Source: Laetmonice hystrix | Lineage: Eukaryota | DNA: 64,000 nucleotides | Assembly (NCBI GenBank): GCA_965235115.1 | Contig: OZ249442.1 | Coordinates: 18,600,001-18,664,000, forward strand | Reading direction: 5' to 3' | Shown: piece after piece, positions 11,942 to 23,020 of the stretch | Position numbering within the stretch: the stretch's first letter is position 1 | Layout of the letters: each line of letters starts with the position of its first letter | Position numbers and translations under genes: made by a program | The notes under the pieces: generated by a model | Seen by the model: only the letters and a program-made list of their open reading frames with translations | The model's database searches: none | What the model was told of the DNA's origin: nothing

Positions 11942-14900
11942 ATAGACCTAATATTCGTTTACATGGGACGTAAAGTTTTCTTACAGTTGACTTTCGCTTT
12001 GTTAGCGCTTTCTCTGAAAGAAATGGAGGTATAGGGGCGAAGTTTTGATGTAGGCCTAGTCTGAGGCCTACCACGTGTATAGCCTAGGCCTATTATAGCC
12101 TAGGTCTAATATGTAGGACTCCATCGTGGAGGAATGATCCTTTGGGCTTCGTCCACGATAGAGCTCAGCATTGGCGACCCTAGTCCCTACCTGGTTGGCC
12201 TTCACTCCGAGATATAGGGGAATGTTGGCCTAGAATAGGGTAGGCCTAGGGTAGGCCTAACACTGATGTGTTTCACTTCATCCTAGCTGGGATGGTAGAT
12301 GTTCAGGTTTGAACATTTGCCGCACGGCATGTGGGATAAAAAAATCACTTTGCTTCCACTGAACAACACGTTTCTTCAAATGCTGTCATACTTTATAGGT
12401 TGGTTCTCGAATGTGCAGTATGGGCTACTGTATCTCGGCACAGGGTCTTTGCTAGAGCATGAGACGATGGGAATCGACTAGATCCATGCCTAGGTACTGG
12501 TATGTTAGACCTTAGCTCAGGAAGGTTTGACATTTCAGATGCCCTGGATAGGATACTGGGGTGAGGTGGTAGTCCCCATGCCCCTGATTCCCACTGAGGC
12601 ATGGAGAACCTTGTAAAATCCATGCTGAACAAAATTCATGTACTTCTCCTTTCTGATCTCCACAGTTTATTGTTTGCATGTCAAGAGAGCATAAGAGAAA
12701 AATCATTTACTCTGAGTGATTACCTTGGACATTAAAAAGAAATTGAAAAACTAATGTGGGCCCAGTGCCTTAGTAGTGCAGCTTAATCAGACCAAACTTG
12801 CTCTTTTATCAAGGAAAAAAGGTATGATAAAAGGTATAATGTGTGGCATATTGAACCAGCAAGTGAATTTCAGTGTTCCTCAAGGAGCTTTTAGGTGGCT
12901 TTATTTTAAGTGTAAAATATAAAAGAACGGTTTCTGTTTGATACCAAGTTGAACTGCTGGCCTTTAAAATATGGTAGTGAACTTTTCAGCCTCTGTTAGA
13001 TTTAATTTAAGTCCCAAGTATTTAGTGCATGCTTCAAGCATCGGATATAGTGCAGAAAGAGCAGCAGAGATGTCAGAGGGTGCTTTGTATTATTGATCCA
13101 TCCAAATTAGAGAAATGAGTGTTGGGATCAATAAGGGAGAAATGATAAATCTGGCCACTTTTATTAATAATGGGTGCACTTACCAATGGTATCGATCCCT
13201 GCCACCAGCAAGCGAATTACTTATAACACTTAAGAGTCGGCAGTTGGCAGTGTTTAATTGGTTGCAGTCAATACAGTTGACCTTAAGGCGATTACCAGTC
13301 AGAGTAACTGAAGCTGCCGCCAAACACATCTGGTTTATGGAACATTGGGTGAATGAGGTGCAGGGTAAGATGGGCATGTGGGATGAGCACAGACAATCGG
13401 CTTCTAATTCGGGTGCACTGCGTTTCGTTTCAGTCCAATTACCATTGTTGTCTAACACAAGGACCGTTTCATTAATCATATCCTACAACTTGCACTCCTC
13501 ATAAGACTTTTTCTCTGCTGCCAGAAGAACCATTTTGGGTAAGCCACGTTCTTCCAATTGCTAACACAAAAACCTCGAGTGATCTTGGGTCAGGTATTGA
13601 ATGCATTTGCAAATTCTGAATTACCGGTAATATTATTTCCATCCAGTCAGCTATGCAGGGAAGTTTCATTTCTAAAGTACATTAATGAGGAATGTTTTCT
13701 TTTCGTTTTATTTGGAGTATTCTAGACTGGAGTGATTGCAGCAGAATATTTCGTAGGGAAATACCATTGTAGGACTGTGTAAAAATGGCTTCCAGTAAAA
13801 ATGTACTTATATCTGAAAACAACCAGAGTGTGTGCGCTGTACCCCGCCCCCGCGACATTTAGGGTGGGTAGCCAGAACAAGAAAGTGAAACCACTACTTT
13901 AAATGGTCTAAAGACTGGATTAAAGTATAACTACTCACATATGAGAGCATAATGCAATGATCACTGCACTACCACATGTAAGGCAGTCTGTGAGGATATT
14001 CAGGAGGAATAAATACATAGAAACTTCAACTTAAGTTGAACATGAGGGACCTTCAAAGGTCAGTCAAGATCATGTCTTCATCATGGCCCATCTCCAAATA
14101 AGGCAGAATTTAAAAAAGCAGTTGCCGTGTGCCTTTTCCATTAGATGACACGATTTCACACATTTATCAGGCATTGTTCTGATCTCCTGCAATATCTACA
14201 TGAAGTGGTTATCTATTTAATTCACCTAAGGAACCTATGCGTGTATATGTTAACGTGCCCTCATGAATTTTTAATAGATTTGAAAAAGAATTCCTGTCAG
14301 CTGTACCAGATATATTCCATGGATATTATTTTTATAATGATTAATGAAAATCGCGTGAAACGTGAAACAGTTTATAACACAGATGCACTTACTGAAATTG
14401 GGGTTAGGACACCGACAGGGTCTTTCTTGTTAATTTTTTTTTTAGATCAAGAAGTCTCTTGCTAAATCAGGAGCGTTAATTGGAGCCCTGCATCGACCCT
14501 ACCCTTCCATTTATGGCCTTCGGTATTGAAAATCAGGATATTAGGTCGTAGTAAATTTCAACAAAAAATAGTGGTACTTTATCTTATTTAATAATTATCT
14601 TTTAAATGAAGTGTAAAACATTGTATTATTGCATCTGGAAATAATCAATGTCAGAATCAAGATACATCTATAGATGTTTCTTTTCTTCATTTTCTGCTCA
14701 TATTTCCAGTGCTGTGAAGAAAGTGTGATTTTGTCTTAGTACTTTAACCGGAAAACACCGAGAGGGTTGCGTCAGGCCGGCAAGGCCATTCCTATCATGC
14801 TCTAGGGCTTCACCGTTACCATAGCCACTTACTACTTGACACAGATGCGTGAGAAGCCATTTCTCTGTCTCACATCCGTGAGGGACCTCATTGTAATAAC

Positions 14901-16791
14901 TGTGTGTTGTTCTAGGGTACCTTTGGCCCAGCTATGGTGCGAGTGTCAAGGTCAAAATATGCAAATGTCGAAAGGGACTAAGAGATCTTGTTACTGTCGG
15001 GGACCTGACACCTGGAGACTGCAAACGATGATGGGTTATTATGACATGGGTGTTAATGGCACAATATAAGAGGTGGAGAGGGACGACATGATGTGGGTGT
15101 GATGGCGACTTTTGCCAACACACACAGCTCTCAATGTTGGCGACACCTCATGTAATGGGGGACGCGGCACCTCACCGTAATGGGAAGGGCTTGGGGAGGA
15201 GCCAAAGGTCTTAACCAGTGTCTGGAGGCAAACAGAGTAGGCCGCTGGAGCAATGGTCAAGGAACTCCCATCACCTTTGTACCACTAATTGACACAATAG
15301 CTTTGCTCCTGCCCACTGCAGTCAAACATATTGACAGAGTGGATATGATTCAGAACACGACATGGAAGTATAGGCCACAAGCCAACCAAATATTGGACTA
15401 ACAAAAGAATGGAAAATAGGACCAAATGTATGCTGTCGAGATTATGGGATATCATAACAAGCATTATTATTTAGAAAATATAAACGCAATAAAAAAATGG
15501 TTATGACTCGTCAGCTCTTCAAGTATGAACCATTACTCTGGCATTAGACACTTTAACATCATCATTTTTCAGAAGGTTTCCATGAAATGAGCAGAAAAAT
15601 ATAGTTTTGAAACCTTTAAATACTAATTCTTTTGAATTTTATTTTTATTGTTTGGCTTTGTGAGACGGAGTACATGGATATGAACTCCATTGCTGCACCA
15701 GAAATATTTGGCGTGGTGCAAGGATGATGGCCTTGAACGTGCCCTGGGAGTTGATCCCAAGGGTGGAAGCTGTGAGAGGGTGACACGCTGCACCCCAGTG
15801 TCAGCCATCGTTACAGAGGTGATAATTAGCACGATGAGGAGGTGACAACATGATCAGGGTTCCCTTTGGCGGGGTTGCCAGTTCGCATGTCATGCTCTCT
15901 CTACCCACACCTATGACCCGTCTTACCTCATGTACGACCTCATGACAAAGCACCCAGTGCTCACACCGATATTCGGTTTGAGCCATGTATTCCTTTTTTC
16001 CTCAGTGACTAATAGGCAGGCAAGGGGTTTCCCATCCTATTTGATAATGTAGCTATAGCACAATTTGCCTGTGACTGTGAAGGATAAATTTGAGAAAGTA
16101 TTTCTTTTGATCTGTGTTATAATCTGTTAACCATATATTGTTCAGTAGATACATAATATTGCTCATATTTTACTGAAAGAAACAGCATTATGATTATTTT
16201 GTTATAATCATTGTTATAATAATAATCAATTTATATGCTACTTAGAATTTGCATGAAAAGTGCCACATCTGTGCAGTTTCCTCGTGCCATTCGCATCATG
16301 ACATAGAAGACTAACGTAACGTTTTATTGGAACACGAGAGACATTTTTTTGCGGAAGATGGCATGAGACTTGGAAAAACAAAATTCTAGATATTGCCATT
16401 GTGGTGAGGGTTGCAATTCAGGTCACACTTCCCGGGTGCCTTGTTCGTCCTTGAAGCTTTATGATTCAAAGTTTGAAATTGCCTGTTTTGGGACAGATTA
16501 AGGAAGAAATTAATACTTGGTGAGTGACTAGCAGCCATGATAATACTGTAGAAAGTTGGTGCTGCATCGTAAGCTTGTCATGCGACCTCGGGTACCTGTG
16601 CAGCTCTTACATTGTCTCAGGTTATGTTTCAATTGGTAACATGTTACAGTCGTACATGGAGCATCCAATGCTGACCTTTGTAGGGCGTTGCAATTAGTGA
16701 CTGCATGAGTCATGTTCATCATGTTCATGCAATCATTACAGAAACAAAGGCAGTGTCATGACAGTCTCTGTCACCATGGCGTTCAGTGACC

Positions 16792-16805
16792 CCGCTAGGG
16801 GGCGC
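16792..16805 (+). promoter_or_regulatory. CTCF core motif CCGCTAGGGGGCGC
   Basis: Exact fit to the CC(A/G)C(C/T)AG(A/G)(G/T)GGC(A/G)(C/G) consensus. Confidence 0.6.
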
Positions 16806-16817
16806 AGAGATATCGGC

Positions 16818-16830
16818 AGGTCAGAGGTCA
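16818..16830 (+). promoter_or_regulatory. Perfect nuclear-receptor DR1 element AGGTCA-G-AGGTCA
   Basis: Two exact AGGTCA half-sites separated by 1 nt, 12 bp downstream of the CTCF core. Confidence 0.5.
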
Positions 16831-18625
16831 CTGCCGCTCATGCTGATTAAAGATTTTATTGAGTTCTATCAGCAGACTCCACATAAAAGACTAATTGTGC
16901 AGGTGAGCTTAGGACACGGTAATATGTCCAGAATTCATTGTTTTCCATTACGTGATGTAATTTTCATACTGTTGCACCCCACAGGATTTCAGATATTACC
17001 CACAGCTCTTCTTGTATTCCATCGAGAAAAAAACGTAACAATAAACCTTTTTGTTTCTCGTTATGAGGAATAGTGACTTCTTTGGGAGGATTTTGGATGG
17101 TTATTCATCTCGTGGAATATGATGGTATTTTTAGTAATTATCCTGAGGGAACTTTGGTGTATTAGTGTGTTGTATTGTATGAAAAGAAATCCTTGGCTTT
17201 GCATGCCACTGGAAGCTCAGGAGCAGTGCATCAGCAGCACAACTGGCATCCCAACGCGTGTTGTTGTACATTGTTTAGCTTGATGCTTAGGATGGTTCTA
17301 AGGATGGTAAGAGGTGATAAGAATATCTACATAGACACACAAGTTCTTCTTTTATTCTCGACGAGAGTCTAAGATTTCGGAAAGTCCTAAGTTCTTTTGT
17401 ACACATCTTCATCACATACCTCACCATGCAATTGCATGTAAAATGCACCATTCGTGTTAATCTTACGTATTCCAACGTTTAGTGTAAAACTACAGAAATT
17501 CGAAATCTCAGTCGATCCATCATTGATCAAGGTGTAGCTGTGTCCCTTACAGACAGGTCTAAACCTACTTTAACCACCACACCTGTTGATGTCGGCAGTG
17601 AACCAGACATGCGCTTCTTGCTTGCGTAGGCCAACCCTTTGCCCTTCTAAGGCTGCTGTAGAAGGCGACTTACTACCAGTAATTTCCTCCACAGTAGTAA
17701 GCAGCCATAATAAGTTCTGTTAACATTACTTTGCCGTTTCACACCTTTGCAGCCATCGATTAGTTACGGATTACGCAAAAAAAAGTCTCGTGAATTATTC
17801 CAGTAGTAACACGACACAGTTCTAGTTTTAGACCTGTTTCTGTTTGTTATTTTCCGATTTTCTGTATTTATATAGAACCGATTCTACAGCATCATTTTAA
17901 TCCTTCCAAGTAACAAAACTCTGTATAATGGAATGGTATACAATAAAGATACGGCTCTGTAAGTTGGCTTCAAAGACAAGTTTCTTAGGCTTAGAACCTG
18001 AGGACGAAAATGCAGTTGGATTTCTTTCGGTGAGGTGTATGTGAGCTGTACACATCCATTGCTTGCGTCAATGAGTGCACATCTGAGACATGGCATTCCT
18101 CTTAGATGCGAGGAATCCGAAAAATAGAATGCCCGTGACAGATGGGCTACCAAGATCTTGGATTACAACCTGTCCCCACCTGAGCACTGTCATGCAACGA
18201 AGGAAAAACTTGGATCGCCGTCCAGTATGTTTCACTAACATTGAGGTAGAGGCATTGTTTTCTGCTTAGCTTTTAGAGGGCCAGCAAGCTAGGTAGACAG
18301 GTGCACTGGTACAGTATTTTTCTTTCGTGGTATATCTTCAACAAGGATATTGACATGACGAGTAAAGTATTTCATCTTTACGCCAGTACGTCAGAGACAC
18401 TTCATCAGTTATCGATCTTGTTTAAAATATCCATTGTTTTTAGTTAATGAAAGTTAGACTGATTTATATAATAATTCGGTAATCAGAAGAGCACTTTTAT
18501 GGGAATGTGGTTGTGACTCCTCCGTCTTGGGAGTAAGCCACTTGAAGATATTGAGATAGTTGTTAACAGAATTACCAGTGACACCACCAGGTTTTCCTGC
18601 AGGCTTGTATGAGGGACCCCCCCCC

Positions 18626-18647
18626 CACACACACACACACACACACA
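18626..18647. repeat. (CA)11 microsatellite following a C10 run
   Basis: Read directly from the sequence. Confidence 0.95.
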
Positions 18648-19379
18648 AAATCAGTTACATCCCAGCCCCTCCCCCAATTTCTGTCTTTATTTCTTCTAAA
18701 AAAAGCCTACCATAGGCATTCTCTCAGAGCTATTTATGAAGGACTACCCTGCCTAGTTTACTAGTGAGAGATAATTTTCACATAGGGAGGGGTGAAGGGG
18801 TGATCGTTGTCCAAGCACACGTCATATCACTACCTGCCCTCAAGTGCCAAAGTTGAAACAGGCCGTGTATGATGGCATGTCATGATTTTGATTGTGATAT
18901 GGCGGGAGTTTGGGCATGCACAGAGGGGCATTGGTGCCAGAGTCAAGGCTGTCTGCCATGCTCTGTTGCATGCTTCCTGTACACAGACTAACATGACTTA
19001 GCTTTGATGTTGTATACATCAGTGGCAGTCAGTCATGTGTTTGCTATGAAGTCATTGTTCATGATATCCAGATGAATAATAATAATAAAGATTTCATATA
19101 ATAGATGTTAGGCACAGTGCTTATAACTTAGAAGATTTTTTTTATAGAAGTCATTTACAGTGATCTCCTTAATGAAACATTTCCCGCTGGTATGCATTAG
19201 TTGAGGTGAAAAGTCTAACAGATCTGTCTTCATCGTGGAGGGAAATACTTGCACCCTAACCTTCCCATTTTGGATGAAACTGACCGACTTATTTCTATCT
19301 GCTCACTGTAAAACAGATTGATGTGTGGCGGAGACTGCCCCGTTTCTCCAGGTGTGTGGTAGTTCTATCTCATTGTCAC

Positions 19380-20340
19380 CAGAGGGTGCTACTGCAGAGA
19401 GACATGTTCCATCATATAGATCCATCGTGCAGTCCTGATTGTGAGATTCTATAGCCACTACCCATAAAGTCTCAGAAGTTGGCTACTGACAAATAACATG
19501 TTCACAGCCTAACACTTTACAAACCAATAAAAGACGTTAAATAGATGGGGATGGTCATAAAGTGGTACAATAAATGTTTTTAGGTTACAGTCCTTGGTAG
19601 AATAAAGTAGCCTCCATGTATGTTGTATTGAGGCATACTCGAAGTGAAAGCTTTAGCTTTTAGTTTTAGTAGCCGAATAACCTAAAGACAACTTACCAAC
19701 CTGGAAGATTTTAAGGATTTTCCGTATTTAGTTACTAATATTATGGTTTAAATATTGTTAAATTATTTAACTCCCTTGTTGGTTCATAATGTAATTAGAG
19801 ACTTTCTTTTCAAAATGATTGTGAGGACACTGGCACAGAAAGAAGGGGAGGAAGAACAGCAACTATTTTGTTGATCCCCTTTCTTCTACAACACTGTATA
19901 CTGTTGATTTGAGAAAAACGAGTGAATATTTCTCTGCGAAACTAAAGTTCGATATTAGATTCGGTCCTATTAAAGAAGACATTTTAATTCACTTACACAA
20001 GTGTGGCTAAGAAAAGATGTACATGCTGTACCGTACCGTGAAATATACCACTCCAGGCACTGATTTTGGTATTTTTGTACAACTGACCTGGCAGGTTGGT
20101 TATCTCGCTTTTTTCTGTAGTAGAGGGAAGCCGGATTTTTTTATTGCAAGTTGGTGATGAAGCATTGATGCCTGTGAAATGCAGGGAAAGTTCTCTTCCA
20201 AGTTTGGACAGATTGCTTTCAATTTGAGTAGAATTGAAAAAGGATATAAATTAGGCAAATTGCTTTTGGAATAGAATTGCTTTAGAATCAAAATTACAAA
20301 ATATATGAGGACATTCAAATGTATTTATGTTGTTAGGAAA
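19380..20340 (-). mobile_element. Fossil CR1/L2-type LINE ORF2: linker and N-terminal reverse transcriptase region
   Basis: The minus strand reads FFNSTQIESNLSKL...PSTTEKSEITNL...KNTKISAWSGI...LATL, then L*KKGDQQN, PPLLSVPVSSQSF*K, LLKLKAKAF and LLRLYG*WL. These parallel FN.FF..IG, PTT..EI, K.KS.G.DGI, YKKGD, RPISLLP..SK..EK, DLSKAF and KL..YG in order. Many stops and frameshifts. Confidence 0.6.
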
Positions 20341-21879
20341 TTAAATTTCTCATCTGCAAATGAGAATCATGATTATTGTATGGAATATGAAATTTATTCT
20401 CTTTGCTACAGAAAATGTCTAAATATAGACGCGTTGAAGAGGTTTTCAGGGGACAAGAAGCTGAAATAGATGCTTACACCGTCATCAGGACGGGTGGGTA
20501 CTTCTACAACGTAGTCGTAATGTGACTCTTTATCATTGTGTTTCTGGCTTTGTTTCTGCCAGTCAGAGATAGCGTCATGTCATTGCTTGGCTCCTCAGAC
20601 AGCTATGGACATCCGTGCAAGCTATCAACTACGGCCACACAGTCTTTCATTCAGCACACAGATCAATCATAACATTCCTTAATATTTCATGAAAATCAGT
20701 CTATTTTGCCCCTGGGGCTATGGAAGTCAGTTGTTTGTGCTGATATGGCAAGTGAACATGATCATGATCTTCGGGCTTGTCTGAAGACAGTGGCAATGTA
20801 TCTGATGATTGCCCCATTAATCAGCACTGGTGTACCTCCAAAGAGTCACATGAAAACGTTATGTCATCTGCCCTTACCGAGGCGTCTGTTAACTGGGGGA
20901 AAAACTCCTCATCATTTCAGTGCTATGTCTTCCTGGTCTTTGTATAGAAAATCTTTTTTTTTTCTTCTGTGGTATTTGAGAGATATATACATTTAAGGAG
21001 TCATAGATTTCATTTCTGACGATGTTAATTACACTGAACGGAAAGCGCAGAGCTAGTTGCTCAAAGAAGACAGGGTTTAAGGCTCACATGCTTTAATCAA
21101 ATGTGGCTGTAGCATATAAATACATGTCATCTTTTAAGTAGATACAGATACATCTGTTCTCTTTTAAGTTAGTTTTTATCACAGTCAGAAGTTTATTTGA
21201 CATTGATATGAAAGAACTGTTACCTGCTGTGATGTCTCCCCAAGTGAAGAGATTTCTGCCTCACAACCAAATTTAACATTTCTTCGATGCCTCACATGAT
21301 CAGAACCGTTATTTACCGCTGGTCTCGCTCTTATGTCCATAATTATGAAGACAACATCGTTAAGACTTCGCGATTTTGAATATTAAAAGGGCAAAATGTG
21401 TATTTCTCTTGCAATGAACATCCTCGGATGATTAATGCTTAAATGTCAAAAGAGGCAACACTTTCAAACTACCTGTCACTCATACCGTAGACACCCAATT
21501 AACATTCTGTGAGTAATTATCCTGCAGTAACCAAACTCAGTTTTCACTATAATCCAGAGTATTATCAGGATAACGAAAGGATATCAGTGCAATGACAAGG
21601 TATTTAATTCATAATTCAATTTTAATCTGTTGAATTATACTTGTCATAGCCTGAGACTGAAATCGCTAATGGCTTCCCTTCACAGCCTTCGCAAGATCAA
21701 TTAAAAGGATTATCACATCATTTTTTCCCCCAATAGTGAAAACATGTAACCAGAGGCAGCCGTTGGTGGGTCCATCTGGAACTGCACTGTTCACACCTGA
21801 AATATAATTGTATTGCCATTTAGTTTTGAGAAGAATCAATGGTTCTCTGGGTAATACTTACATGCAGAAAGGTATTCTA

Positions 21880-23020
21880 ATGTTGTTTTTTATTATTATT
21901 ATATCAGGCTTCCTCGAATGTTTTGGGAAAAAAGTTTTGCTGACCTCATTCTGAAGCCATGGTCATATTTATAGTAAATATCAACCGTTTGTGTAATTGC
22001 CTCTGCCTTGAAGACATTTTGCCATGTAATGTCTTTCAGTTGAGCTGCACGTTCTGCTTCGTTTATATCTAAACCACTGAACATAACAAGTGACGAGAGG
22101 AACGCTGTCCTGAAACTAAAGGCGTTATCGCATCCTTAATATTAATCTCAAATTTGTTATCGAGAGGGAAAATTAGGCATGACTTTGATTCTGCAAATTC
22201 AGAAATACAGCCAGCTTTACAACGCTGTTCTCGGCGGCTTTATTTACAGTCCCTTATTCAACCCAAATTAGAAAAATTGGAATTCTGAGAGGAAGGTGCC
22301 CGGTATGATGGTCTTATTTTGTCAAGCAGACTAAACGCTTGATACATACCAACATACTCGGCTGTATTAATGTTGTGCCAATTGTTGGGCCATTCAGGAA
22401 CGTAGCCAATAGGATCAAGTTTCCCGTGGTTAATATCAGTGTAGCCTAGAGAATCAAAATCTCGTCTGTCAGTTTTGTAATTATCAGTGATTTTTCCAGT
22501 CAATTACTTTGAAACATTAAAGTAAACCAGTGCTTGCTAATTGACGCAGAAGAAACTGTTTGATTTTACAGTGAAACAATCATCAAAGAGAAGTACGCCC
22601 TCACCATTTTTATTCAGATTTAATTTTCCAACTGTTTATTAGTGATAAGCAATCGCCTTTCCATTGTCTGCATGCCTTCTCCTGATTTGTTGAAAAGGGC
22701 AGAGCGCTGTCTCATATGACTAATTATTCAGTTGATTGGGAAAGCGTTTTGAGAAAAAGATGCAAACGCTGTGCAGATTGCGTGTTTCAGAAGAATGAGT
22801 ATGGAGGGGATAACTGGTTCTTGTATAAACTCTTGATTAAATGTGGATCTGTCTTTAAGAGATTTCTTAAATGTAGAAATGGTAAGATACTTTGTTGTCG
22901 ATATGTAAAACAAGCATAACATAATATTATTTTAAATAGTTGAACTTAAAACACAAAGTGGAACGTTGTCATGGTTCTTATACCATTCACGTTCAGCGAG
23001 AACAACTTGCAGTAAAATGG
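21880..23020 (-). mobile_element. Fossil CR1/L2-type LINE ORF2: APE endonuclease and start of the linker
   Basis: The minus strand reads FSLNVNGIR, KNGEGVLLF, GKITDNYKT, LGYTDINHGKLD, MYQAFSLLDKIRPSYR, SSRHLL and LKDITWQNVF...TVDIYYK. These parallel the LN..SL, GGGV.L, GDFN, PTR, SDH and DW..V motifs in order. Includes ORF-track entries 22258-22503 and 21899-22084. Confidence 0.55.

Larger units (their letters stand above)
10845..12259. repeat. Dispersed cluster of the palindromic octamer TAGGCCTA
   Basis: Perfect copies start at 10845, 11564, 12051, 12085, 12241 and 12252, with several 1-mismatch variants. I noticed only one other perfect copy (32072) in the rest of the window. Confidence 0.85.

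Noticed and set aside
13115-13504. Overlapping 129-aa (+) and 99-aa (-) ORFs
   Set aside because: No domain, no splice signals, and TAAT-rich enhancer-like composition; likely non-coding.
21899-22503. Endogenous viral element hypothesis (capsid or nucleoprotein) for two protein-like ORFs
   Set aside because: The motif order fits a CR1-type endonuclease and linker better, and RT-region motifs follow collinearly; no viral signature recognised.
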